Below are positions 30,381-39,688 of a stretch of 64,000 nt of DNA, one piece after another. A program made the translations under genes and the position numbers. Below the pieces are notes generated by a model. That model had not been told where the DNA came from and ran no database searches. It saw nothing but the letters and a program-made list of their open reading frames with translations. The DNA lies in IMG/VR virus record IMGVR_UViG_3300020718_000010, positions 27,035 to 91,034 of that record. One strand, given 5' to 3'. The number at the start of each line of letters is the position of its first letter. The first letter of the stretch is position 1. Source of the DNA: a virus. Lineage: Duplodnaviria > Caudoviricetes.

Positions 30381-31027
30381 TAGTAAAATGCTCCCATAAT
30401 TAATTGAGTCTGAAGTTCAGTCTCTATCGTAACCGAGTTAACGAAAGGTTCCCATATTGCCGATGTGGCGTTATAAGTAAATACAACAAAAAGGCCCGGC
30501 GAAAGAACAAGTCCAGAGACACGGATTGTGTCACTTCCACCAGTTCCAAAGGCAACTTGGGCTGTTGCTGAAATAAGGTTCTGCACGCCAACAATTGTTC
30601 CCGCCGATGGGGCGGTCGGTAAGTTGACTTGCATAAGGCTGGCTGGGTTACAAAGAACCAATTGATAAGCAGTTGCTGAATAGGTTCCCGAGGTTTGGAT
30701 AGTGCTTGGTGTCAGGGCAAAAAGACCTGAGCCCGTAATCCCTTGATACCCTTGCGCCCCTTGCGCCCCCTGCGCACCCGTGGAAGCGGTAACCCAAGAG
30801 CCAATGTTTAATGGCGTACTTGTGGTGATTCCGGTAGCGCTATTTACAACAAATTGCGTCAGGTTTGTAATGCTGGTAATTGTTGTGTTTATTCCGTATG
30901 AAGAGTTGGCGACAACCATTCCTTGCGACAAAGCCGCTGTGGTAGAAACCGAGATTGTTGTTCCAGATACTGCCGTAGGAGTAAATGGAGAACCGGTGGC
31001 TGGTGAGAAGTAGGAGAGTTGTGTCAT
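30380..31027 (-). CDS. Collagen-stub fibre protein (215 aa; start reassigned to MTQLSYF)
   Basis: TAATG overlap at 31025-31029 with the upstream stop; GAQ triplets; ends LQTQLIMGAFY. Confidence 0.7.
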   Translation of the reverse strand: MTQLSYFSPATGSPFTPTAVSGTTISVSTTAALSQGMVVANSSYGINTTITSITNLTQFVVNSATGITTSTPLNIGSWVTASTGAQGAQGAQGYQGITGSGLFALTPSTIQTSGTYSATAYQLVLCNPASLMQVNLPTAPSAGTIVGVQNLISATAQVAFGTGGSDTIRVSGLVLSPGLFVVFTYNATSAIWEPFVNSVTIETELQTQLIMGAFY

Positions 31028-32136
31028 TACAGTTCCGCCGTAAATCCTATGTAACCACCAGAAATAGCACTTCTTATCCAATAAGGTCTAAATTGTGTAA
31101 GCGTTCCTGTAACTCCAACATTTAATATAACAACTTGTGTTGTATTGCTACTACCCGCCAAACCTGCTGAAGTAATCGTAAAAGAGTTTGCGCCATCGAC
31201 TGCTTGAAGGTTTGCAAAGGCAACAGTACCAGAGGGTACTGCCCTCATTGTTACAGGAAGTAAAAATGGAACGTAAAAACTGCTTGTTGTGTTTGCTGTT
31301 CCAAGTGGAGATAAAATTGCACCACTATTATTTGTGTCAGAAGTAACTTGCAAATAGTACCTCTGACACGCCGCCAACTCACCTTGAACAAGACCACCGG
31401 CACGTGTGAACTGAGTTGCTGTTGAACCAAGTTCGAGTTGTACGTTAGCAATTCTTACTGTTGCTCCATTTGTTGATTGAGCGGTATCTGGAACAATTCC
31501 AAACCTAATGCTAAGTGCATCTGTAGGAATTGTTGTGGTGAATGAAAGTCGTGTCCATACAGTAGGAGCATTGTTGGCTTGGTTTTGAGTTACGCTGAGA
31601 GCCGTTCCGCTTCCAAGTGTTGTGTATGAAGCGTCTGTCGCTGAGTTGCTGTAATAAATTTCAGGAACAATGTTTCCAGTCCAACCACCAGAGACAAGGG
31701 CGTAATAGGAGAATGTAACCGTTTGACCACGAAGGGGAATAACGTTTGCGGTTTCAATTGGTTGGTGAATTTGGCAAAAACTTCCCGCAGTCGTTCCAGT
31801 TATGTTCCATTTAAGGCCGTAACGAGCACCAACTGGAAGGTTTGTTGTTTCTTGAGTTATTGATGATGTTCCGATAACTCTTCCGTACCAGCGGTCGGCT
31901 GTGTAAACTTGGTCACTTGTAAATGAGGTTCCACGTTGCCAGATGTCAAAGGCTCCATTAATCAGTGAGTTTTTACCAGCAATATTTGTTGTAAGCGAGG
32001 ACGTACCTTGATTGCCTTGAAAACCTTGGCTCCCTTGAAAACCTTGATACCCTTGTGAGCCTTGGTACCCTTGCGGTCCACCGACTACAGCGTCCCAGTT
32101 ACCAGTTGATGAGTTATAGATGCGTGCTGTTGTCAT
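31027..32136 (-). CDS. Collagen stub + galactose-binding-like head, paralog 3 (369 aa)
   Basis: INGAFDIWQRGTS..YTADRW...QLELGSTATQFTRAGG..QGELAACQRYY...FTAEL. Confidence 0.75.
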   Translation of the reverse strand: MTTARIYNSSTGNWDAVVGGPQGYQGSQGYQGFQGSQGFQGNQGTSSLTTNIAGKNSLINGAFDIWQRGTSFTSDQVYTADRWYGRVIGTSSITQETTNLPVGARYGLKWNITGTTAGSFCQIHQPIETANVIPLRGQTVTFSYYALVSGGWTGNIVPEIYYSNSATDASYTTLGSGTALSVTQNQANNAPTVWTRLSFTTTIPTDALSIRFGIVPDTAQSTNGATVRIANVQLELGSTATQFTRAGGLVQGELAACQRYYLQVTSDTNNSGAILSPLGTANTTSSFYVPFLLPVTMRAVPSGTVAFANLQAVDGANSFTITSAGLAGSSNTTQVVILNVGVTGTLTQFRPYWIRSAISGGYIGFTAEL

Positions 32137-33437
32137 TACAACTCCGAACTAAATGCTATGTAAGATGCTGATGAGTTACTGGCATACAACTGGTAGCAAT
32201 AACCAACCGTTAATCCTGACGCAACGTTTGGTTGAATAGTTGCTGAAAGTGTGGTCGCAGAAGCACCGGCCAAGTTTATTGACGTAACAGTAATGGGTGT
32301 TCCGGCAGAAACGGCAAGGCTTCCCGAAGATGAAAATGATGGGGCTGCTCTCATAGCAACAGGAAACACAATGTGTGTATTAGCAATAGTTGTAGTTGCT
32401 CCATACCCAAGACCAAATGAGCAATAACTTGACCCACCGTTTTGCCAGTAGTACCTCTGACATAGAGCCAATTCACCACCAATAGTTCCACCAGCACGAG
32501 AAAAAGGAGTTACGGTTGAACCAAGTTCAACTTGAACACCTGTTATGTCTATGTAGTCTGCAGCACCTGATGCTCCAGCGGACGTACTCCAATTAAATTG
32601 AATTCCTAGTTGAGTCGTTGTTGCGGGGACTGTTCCTGAATATACAAAACGTTGCCATGTGCCAGTAAATGAAGAAATCGTTTGAGAAATAAATCCGTTA
32701 GAACCATTAAATCCTGTTGAGTAAAGGTTTTGGTCATTCCCTGTTCCTGAAACTAATTGTGTAGCAAAACCTGTTCCTGACCAGTTTGCGCCAACTCTTG
32801 CATAAAAAGAAAAGGTAACTGTTTGTCCAGCAAATCTATATGAATCTTTTGATTCAAAATTATATGTCAGTGGCACAAATGGTGTTGAAGTATTTCCAGA
32901 TGCTTTTTGAACACGCATTGCATAGTAAATATTTGGCAAGTTTGTGGTGTCTGAAGTTTGCACCTGAGATATTGTTATGTTTGTTGAAACAGAACAGTTA
33001 AACGTCCAACGGTCAAGGCTGTAAGCAGGACCAGCGGTAAAAGTTTGACTCGTTCCACGTTGCGCTATGTCCATGCCGCCATTTATGACCGCATTTTTTC
33101 CGGCAACACCATAAGCCGATGTTGCAATTCCTGTGACTGACGTGCTTGTGTCAAGCCAGACAACCGAAGTGTTTGCTGGTGCTGTTGATTGAGAGACGAC
33201 TGCCGTGGCACCTTGTGCACCTTGTGCTCCGCCTGATGGTCCTTGAAATCCTTGTGGACCTTGAGTTCCAACTCCGGCTGATGCTGTATTAAGCCATAAA
33301 AGCGTTGTGTCGGCAGGTGCTGTTGACCCCGTTGATACGCCCTGAGCACCCTGAAAACCTTGGCTCCCCTGAGGTCCTACGGCGGACATTGGTAACCATG
33401 TGTTGCTGGTTACGTCGTAATAACGGAGTTGTGCCAT
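32136..33437 (-). CDS. Collagen stub + galactose-binding-like head, paralog 2 (433 aa)
   Basis: INGGMDIAQRGTS..YSLDRW...QVELGSTVTPFSRAGG..GGELALCQRYY...FSSEL. Confidence 0.75.
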   Translation of the reverse strand: MAQLRYYDVTSNTWLPMSAVGPQGSQGFQGAQGVSTGSTAPADTTLLWLNTASAGVGTQGPQGFQGPSGGAQGAQGATAVVSQSTAPANTSVVWLDTSTSVTGIATSAYGVAGKNAVINGGMDIAQRGTSQTFTAGPAYSLDRWTFNCSVSTNITISQVQTSDTTNLPNIYYAMRVQKASGNTSTPFVPLTYNFESKDSYRFAGQTVTFSFYARVGANWSGTGFATQLVSGTGNDQNLYSTGFNGSNGFISQTISSFTGTWQRFVYSGTVPATTTQLGIQFNWSTSAGASGAADYIDITGVQVELGSTVTPFSRAGGTIGGELALCQRYYWQNGGSSYCSFGLGYGATTTIANTHIVFPVAMRAAPSFSSSGSLAVSAGTPITVTSINLAGASATTLSATIQPNVASGLTVGYCYQLYASNSSASYIAFSSEL

Positions 33438-33446
33438 GTATTAATC

Positions 33447-34754
33447 CTACAACTCTGCTGAAAACTGGACATAGGCGGCAGTTGCGCCACTTCCGTTGGT
33501 AATTGCACCGCCACTTTGTGCGGCACTACTAGAAAGTGCAATTTGGAAAGCGCATCCATAAGCACTGTTTTGGTCCACTGCAATGCTGCTAACTCCATAA
33601 CTGGCTGCAATATTGTAATACGAGTATGAGGTCGTAGGACTAAAAGCAACGCTTGGGGTTATTCTCATTTGGACCGGAAATTGCTGATACCCCTGAGCAG
33701 TTGTTCCGCTTGCGTAAGCCAAGAAGAGGCGAGAATACGTAAATCCCGTTACTGCTGGGTTGGCGTTGAGGTTCCAAAAATACCTTTGACATAGTGCGTA
33801 TTCACCTTGGAGGTTCCCGCCCGCACGGGAGAAACCAGTTGCTACAGAGCCAAGTTCCAATTGCATACCCGTAATGTCAAAGTAGTCGTTGGCGCTGGCG
33901 GTTCCAGTTGGTGAATATGAGAATGTAATTCCCAATTGGGTCATTGTTGATGGCAAGTTAACGGTGTAGTTAAAGCGTTGCCATGAAGTTGTCAAAGTAG
34001 CGGTCGGGGAAAAAACCGTAGAGGCTCCAGTAAAACCGGTAAACACGTTTTGGTCGGTTCCAGTTCCTGAAACAAAGTTTGCAGTGAGCAAGTTACCGGC
34101 ACCCGAGAAGTTCGCACCCGCACGTGCGTAGAAGGAAAGTGTTACTGTTTGAGCAGCATATGGAATTGATGCAACTGATTCCAAGGTTTGGCCGAGGTAG
34201 ATTGGCGCCACTTGAGTAGAGGCGTTATTGCGCTGAACACGAATAGCGTTATTAAAACTTGTTAGACCGGATGCGATTTGCGAAATCGTGTAAGCGCTAA
34301 CGGCTGCGGTTGAGTATGCCTGCCAGCGGTCCGCTGTGTAAGCAGATGAGTTTGCCGATAGTGAAAATGATGTTCCACGTTGCCATACGTCGGCATATCC
34401 GTTAACCAGCGCATTTTTTCCAGCGGCGCTTGATGCAAGGGCTGCTGATGTTGTGCTTGTGTCAAGCCAAATAGTGCTTGTGTTTGATGGTGCCGTAGCG
34501 CTTGCGGTGAAACTGCTTGGCCCCTGCGAACCTTGAGCCCCTTGTGGTCCTGCGTTAACGACTCCAGTTACAGTGTTATTTAACCAAAGAGTACTTGTGT
34601 TGAGCGGTGCTGTTGAGCCTGCTTGGATTCCAGTGATTCCTTGGTTCCCCTGAAGACCTTGGGGGCCTTGGTACCCACGTGTCCCTTGAACACCCTGAGC
34701 ACCAATGACGGTAGCAATCCATGCTGTTCCGTTCCAATATTTAATTGTTCCCAT
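33447..34754 (-). CDS. Collagen stub + galactose-binding-like head, paralog 1 (435 aa)
   Basis: VNGYADVWQRGTS..YTADRW...QLELGSVATGFSRAGG..QGEYALCQRYF...FSAEL. Confidence 0.75.
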   Translation of the reverse strand: MGTIKYWNGTAWIATVIGAQGVQGTRGYQGPQGLQGNQGITGIQAGSTAPLNTSTLWLNNTVTGVVNAGPQGAQGSQGPSSFTASATAPSNTSTIWLDTSTTSAALASSAAGKNALVNGYADVWQRGTSFSLSANSSAYTADRWQAYSTAAVSAYTISQIASGLTSFNNAIRVQRNNASTQVAPIYLGQTLESVASIPYAAQTVTLSFYARAGANFSGAGNLLTANFVSGTGTDQNVFTGFTGASTVFSPTATLTTSWQRFNYTVNLPSTMTQLGITFSYSPTGTASANDYFDITGMQLELGSVATGFSRAGGNLQGEYALCQRYFWNLNANPAVTGFTYSRLFLAYASGTTAQGYQQFPVQMRITPSVAFSPTTSYSYYNIAASYGVSSIAVDQNSAYGCAFQIALSSSAAQSGGAITNGSGATAAYVQFSAEL

Positions 34755-34764
34755 TAGTTATTCC

Positions 34765-35760
34765 TCACGAAACCTTAGTTATTGTGCAGTAGCCGTTTGC
34801 GGCGTTATATGAAACACCTGATTGACTACTTCCTGCGTTGTAAGAACCACCGCCACCGCCTCCGTTACCGTTAGTTCCAGCACCACCACCACCAGAGTAA
34901 CCGCCAGCGCCGCCACCTCCAAAACCGGCAAAACCATTAACGTAACCAGAAGCACCCCCACCAAATCCACCATAAGATTGTGTTGAGGGGCTAGTGCTAA
35001 ATCCTCCAGAACCGCCTTGAGCATAACCAAAACCATTTAAATTTGTTCCACCACCTGCCGTATAGCCACCACCGCCAGTTCCACTGGATAAAAGTCCACC
35101 ACCATTGTTTCCGCCGCCAGAGCCGTTGCCACCACCCGTGGCGCCGTTTCCGCCCGTGCCACCAGTACCGCCACTGATTTGAGAACCCGTACCAAGTGGG
35201 GTTACTCCTGTGTTGGTAGAAACAGCGTCATATGAAACGCTTCCTCCATAAATGGTATTGGCACCTCCACCACCTCCGCCGGAAATAATTAAAGGAGTTG
35301 AAGTTCCAGAGCCTTGAAGAACAAAGGTGCCGCCGCCGCCTCCGGGGGGGCCTCCATACCCACTACTAACACCCAACTGGCCTACAAGAATGTACAAGAT
35401 AGTCCCAGATACAAGGGAAAAATTTCCTGACCAAATTAAACCCCTTCCACCCACCGAACTTGCAGTTCCACCCGCCGCACCAGCAGCAAGTATTGTAAAG
35501 GTCCCCGTGCTTGGTACGGTCCAAAGTTGTATTCCACCAGAAGTATTGAAATACAAAGTATTACTTGACCAACTTGTGCTTACATTGGAACTCAATGTGC
35601 TTATTGCTGTAGAAAGAGATGGCCCCGTATATCCTGATGTCCCATTGAAGGTTACATAACTTCCGGTTGGAAAAGTATATAAAGATGAGCCATAGTACGG
35701 AGTGGTAAATTCACCATACCCGTTAGCGGAGTCATCGCCCTGACCAGAAATAATAGGCAT
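34765..35760 (-). CDS. Glycine-rich tip adhesin, ALK/LTK-like glycine-rich domain (331 aa)
   Basis: IQLWTVPSTGTFTILAAGAAGG...ILVGQLG...GGGGGTFV and multiple GGGG runs. Confidence 0.75.
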   Translation of the reverse strand: MPIISGQGDDSANGYGEFTTPYYGSSLYTFPTGSYVTFNGTSGYTGPSLSTAISTLSSNVSTSWSSNTLYFNTSGGIQLWTVPSTGTFTILAAGAAGGTASSVGGRGLIWSGNFSLVSGTILYILVGQLGVSSGYGGPPGGGGGTFVLQGSGTSTPLIISGGGGGGANTIYGGSVSYDAVSTNTGVTPLGTGSQISGGTGGTGGNGATGGGNGSGGGNNGGGLLSSGTGGGGYTAGGGTNLNGFGYAQGGSGGFSTSPSTQSYGGFGGGASGYVNGFAGFGGGGAGGYSGGGGAGTNGNGGGGGGSYNAGSSQSGVSYNAANGYCTITKVS

Positions 35761-38528
35761 TAGAACTTAGTCAATCCTGCAAGAACTGTGTAGAAGTTTG
35801 ATGCGGTTTTAATAATTGTGTAGTTGTAAACGTCAATTTGGTTAGCGTTTCCAGATGTTGGCGCAGTTCCACCAGACCAATAAACAATTCCGTATGTTCC
35901 CGCAGTTGTGGTGATTGCGTTACCGTCAATTTGTATTGCGGAGTTATACCAAGCGGTTCCACCCTGAAGAACCATTACCGCAATGGTAATTGATTGGTTA
36001 ACTCCAAGAATTGAGTTAAGCGTTGTCGGGGTAGAACTACCAGTTATGTTAAGCGTCCAGTTTGCTGTTGCCGCTGCGTTGTAGAACCAAACAGAGCCTA
36101 GGGATGCGTAAATGCTTTGAGACGATGCGATTGCACTAGTTGAGTAGCGTATTGCTTCAAGCGGAGCCGTAAATACGGTATTGGTAGAAATAGTAGAAAC
36201 CGCAGGGGCACTTTGCCATGTAGCGACACCAGATGCGTTTGCGGCCAAAACTTGGTTAGCCGTTGGGGTGTTGGTTGCAAAAATTGGGTTACTAAACGTA
36301 ATCGCTGTAGTTCCAAGGGTGTCGGTTGTTTTATTGGTGCAGTACCAAGTTGTTCCTCCGTATGATGACCCTTGAAGGATTGAGAAGTTTCCGGCGGCTA
36401 ATTTTCCAATTGTATTGGCGTCAAAGTCACGAACGAATACTGCTGAAACACCAGTTGTTCCGTAGGTTGTGCACTTGTAGACGCCGTTTTGGAGACCAGC
36501 AGTTTGGTCTTTTAGCAAGATTCGGTCACCAAGACCGACCGTGTACCCATCCAAAACAAACGCTCCGGTGGCAGTGATGGTGAATGTGTCAGATGCAGTT
36601 CCTACATCGTTTGTTGTATTTGCGCCGACTGCGTACGTTCCAACAATGTTGGTTCCCGTTGAAGAAACCTGTACAACTGGGTGAGAACCAAACTGGTAGA
36701 AACCAGCGGAAGAAGATGGTCCGCCAGACGCTAACAATTGGGAAGAAGTTCCTGTTGTTGAAGATGTTAGGGGCTTAGAAAAGTTGACTGCAGTTGTTCC
36801 CATTGTGTCGGTTGACTTAGAAGAACAAAACCAGACTGTTCCACCGTTTTGATTTCCTTGAAGAATTTGAACTACGGAAGCCGCCAACTTGTTTGTAGTG
36901 TCAACGTCATTGTCTCTTACAAATGCTGCATTAATTCCATAGACACCCTGAGTTGTACATACATAGACACCATTTTGGAATGCAATTGTCTGGTCTTTTA
37001 TAAGAATGCGGTCACCAATTTGTACCGTATATCCATCAATTACTAATGGACCAGTTGCTGATACTACAAATGTAGAGTCGTTGGTTACCGAGCCCGGGGT
37101 GTTGTTTGAATATGTTCCAAAAATATTATTTCCGGTTGTTGCAACTTGGACGGGTTCATGGACATTGTATTGAATATATTGCGGCGGTCCATTAATACCG
37201 GGAACTCCATATGACATAAGCAATTGCCCTGCTTGACCATAGCCACCAATTGCTGAAACGTTATAAGAAAAATTAATTGGTGTTATCCCCATGGTCCCCG
37301 TAGAGGAAGATGAGCAAGTCCATACTGAGCCACTATTTGAATTGCCTTGACGAACTTGAACAATAGATGCGGCTAATTTAAAAAAAGTATTTGCATCATT
37401 GTCACGGACCATTGAAGTTGCAATGCCACTAGAACCTGCAGTGGTGATAAGCCAGATTCCATTTTGAGCGCCATTTAATTGGTCTTTTAATAAAATGCGG
37501 TCGCCAGTTTGAACCGTATAACCATCTATTACTAGGGTTCCTGTTGCCGTTGTTACAAAAGTATCGGATGCTTGCGCAGGGTCAAGAGAGGTGTTTGCAC
37601 CAACCGTATATGTTCCAGCAACATTTGTTGTTGAGGCAGCACTTACTGGTTCGTGAACCCCAAAAGAAACCCAGTTAGGCCCTGCCTGACCAGTTCCTCC
37701 ATAAGACATAAGCAATTGACCTGCGGTACCAACACCTGTAGCGCTAGTAACTGAAAGGGTAAAATAAATTCCTGTTGTTCCAAGAACACCAGAATTGGAA
37801 AGCGTTGTTTGCCACGTAGAGCCACCATTAAGTGCTCCGTTATAAACAGAGACAGTCGCCGCTGCAAGTTTTGAAATTGTGTCGCCATCATTATCTCTAC
37901 AAAAAACAGCACTTACCCCAACGGAGCCAGCAGTTGTGCATAGCCAAATTCCATTTGACGCTGCGTTAGTTTGGTCTTTAAAAAGAACACGGTCTCCAGC
38001 GTTAATAAGAATTCCGTCAACGTAAAAAGCACCAGTTGCGGTGATTGTAAGAAGGTCTGCCCAAACTGGATAATCGTTAGTATTGTTTCCAGTACTTGTT
38101 AAAGCATTTCCAAGAGTGTATGTTGCAGGAATATTGCTTCCTGTAGTGGCAACGTTTACCGGTTCATGAACGTTTAACTGAATAAACTCAGGCCCACCAT
38201 TTGCTACGTTTCCATAAGACATAAGGAAAGAGCCAGAGGTTCCAGATGCTGTTGTTAATCCAGTTCCATCGGCCGCTCCATAAACAACACCGCCGGGCGT
38301 TGCGTTTGCTACTCCAACTGTTGAAGTTGCGGTTGCGTCATACCAAAGAACTGATGTATCTGTAGGCGGCACTCCATTGCTGGTGCTGATTACGCCTTGA
38401 TTCCCTTGGTAGCCTTGAAAACCTTGTTGCCCTTGGGCTCCATTTGCACCTTGGACTCCCTGATAGCCCTGAGAACCGACAACGGCAGTTACCCATGTCG
38501 AACCGTTCCAATATTTCAGTTGAGCCAT
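35760..38528 (-). CDS. Fibre protein with four tandem ~160-aa domains and the conserved C-terminal tip-docking domain (922 aa)
   Basis: Four copies of HEPV.VA.T...IDG..V..GDR.L.KDQ....QNG.W.CTT.G...RD.D; ends YTVLAGLTKF. Confidence 0.8.
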   Translation of the reverse strand: MAQLKYWNGSTWVTAVVGSQGYQGVQGANGAQGQQGFQGYQGNQGVISTSNGVPPTDTSVLWYDATATSTVGVANATPGGVVYGAADGTGLTTASGTSGSFLMSYGNVANGGPEFIQLNVHEPVNVATTGSNIPATYTLGNALTSTGNNTNDYPVWADLLTITATGAFYVDGILINAGDRVLFKDQTNAASNGIWLCTTAGSVGVSAVFCRDNDGDTISKLAAATVSVYNGALNGGSTWQTTLSNSGVLGTTGIYFTLSVTSATGVGTAGQLLMSYGGTGQAGPNWVSFGVHEPVSAASTTNVAGTYTVGANTSLDPAQASDTFVTTATGTLVIDGYTVQTGDRILLKDQLNGAQNGIWLITTAGSSGIATSMVRDNDANTFFKLAASIVQVRQGNSNSGSVWTCSSSSTGTMGITPINFSYNVSAIGGYGQAGQLLMSYGVPGINGPPQYIQYNVHEPVQVATTGNNIFGTYSNNTPGSVTNDSTFVVSATGPLVIDGYTVQIGDRILIKDQTIAFQNGVYVCTTQGVYGINAAFVRDNDVDTTNKLAASVVQILQGNQNGGTVWFCSSKSTDTMGTTAVNFSKPLTSSTTGTSSQLLASGGPSSSAGFYQFGSHPVVQVSSTGTNIVGTYAVGANTTNDVGTASDTFTITATGAFVLDGYTVGLGDRILLKDQTAGLQNGVYKCTTYGTTGVSAVFVRDFDANTIGKLAAGNFSILQGSSYGGTTWYCTNKTTDTLGTTAITFSNPIFATNTPTANQVLAANASGVATWQSAPAVSTISTNTVFTAPLEAIRYSTSAIASSQSIYASLGSVWFYNAAATANWTLNITGSSTPTTLNSILGVNQSITIAVMVLQGGTAWYNSAIQIDGNAITTTAGTYGIVYWSGGTAPTSGNANQIDVYNYTIIKTASNFYTVLAGLTKF
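36300..38230 (-). repeat. Four tandem ~480-510-nt domain repeats inside the 922-aa fibre gene (boundaries approximate)
   Basis: HEPV/HPVV anchors near 38165, 37652, 37157 and 36680. Confidence 0.8.
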
Positions 38529-38576
38529 TGACAGTCCTTCCTAAACCATTATTCTAGGGCATAAACCGGTATTTAT

Positions 38577-39452
38577 TTAGGCTTGAAGAAAGTCCAAAGC
38601 AAAAGTAACCATTTGCTCTGAGAACTGGCGCCTAAAGGTTGGTACGTCTACATAAACCCCGTCAACCGCCAAAGAGCCCACTGGGATTGGCTCATCGCAA
38701 AGGTCAACTTTGAAGAAAGGGGTTAAATCATTGTTTACATTTATTGCAAAAGAAAATAGGGCACGAACTTTTGTAGTTTCTTTTTGTAGCGGATGAGGAT
38801 TATCCCAACCCTGCCAACCACCTATTTTTTTAATTTCTGGCGTACCCACGTGAGAAAAAATTCCTGAATACGGCTCTGACGTACCCACTTCCCCTAATTT
38901 TCCTTCTGTATCAAATGTTTTAATTGCAGCAATTGCTGTTTGAGAAATTGTTTGCATGAATTGGTAATAATCATTTGAGTCTTTAAATGTCAAAACTCCA
39001 GCAATAAATACTTGACCTTCATTGTGGTAGAAAGCGCCGCCGGGTCTGTTTGAGGGCTGAATTGGGTCTTCATAACTAGAAAGGTCATCTTTAAAAGAAG
39101 TTACTTTTGTTTTGCTTCCAGTTGAATAATGGGGTTTCATTTCTCCAACAAAAAGAAAATTGCCGTTCATTTTGGTCATTATTTCCAAAGGAAAAGAAAG
39201 GTCACCATTGAAATCTTTTTTTGCCTCAAAGTGAATAACAATAAGTTCTTCTTCTTTTCCACCAATTCCACCAAACATTTTGGTAAAAAGGTCCGTTGCG
39301 CTTTCTCCGGTTGCAGAAAAAAGTGGTTTTCCAATTTCGAATGGAACAGTTGGTCCTTTGTCAATTAATTCATAGTAAAGCGATTTACAATTTTTGTTTG
39401 CAGGGTCGTAAATCTCGTTAGGGTCAGAATATAAATGAGTTACAGTAGCCAT
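38577..39452 (-). CDS. Divergent LipB-like (BPL/LplA/LipB fold) acyltransferase (291 aa)
   Basis: Colinear LipB-like motifs: GEMKPHYSTG, SNRPGGAFYHNEGQ, SGIF...KKIG, FAINVNNDLTPFFKVDLC. K209 and C252 sit at the catalytic positions. Manual alignment only. Confidence 0.72.
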   Translation of the reverse strand: MATVTHLYSDPNEIYDPANKNCKSLYYELIDKGPTVPFEIGKPLFSATGESATDLFTKMFGGIGGKEEELIVIHFEAKKDFNGDLSFPLEIMTKMNGNFLFVGEMKPHYSTGSKTKVTSFKDDLSSYEDPIQPSNRPGGAFYHNEGQVFIAGVLTFKDSNDYYQFMQTISQTAIAAIKTFDTEGKLGEVGTSEPYSGIFSHVGTPEIKKIGGWQGWDNPHPLQKETTKVRALFSFAINVNNDLTPFFKVDLCDEPIPVGSLAVDGVYVDVPTFRRQFSEQMVTFALDFLQA

Positions 39453-39460
39453 TTTAAACC

Positions 39461-39688
39461 TTAAGGGGTTGTGAATTTTCCTGTTGTTGGGTCATAAATG
39501 TCCCCGCCCGTAGCCAATTGTGCACCATTTGGTGCAGATATATTGACGCAAGAAAGTGGACTACCCGAAAGAAACTTAAGTGCTAATTCGGGCTTAAGAA
39601 ACATTGTTGCCTGAACAACGTTGTCAATAATTATTGCCACTTTTACTAATTTGGCAATCTCTGGGACCGGGGGCATTGTTTCGGGCAT
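39461..39688 (-). CDS. Small Tfa-like protein (75 aa)
   Basis: KVAIIIDNVV.......LALKFLS...GDIYDPTTGKF; paralog of the C-terminal domain of 39688..40302. Confidence 0.6.
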   Translation of the reverse strand: MPETMPPVPEIAKLVKVAIIIDNVVQATMFLKPELALKFLSGSPLSCVNISAPNGAQLATGGDIYDPTTGKFTTP

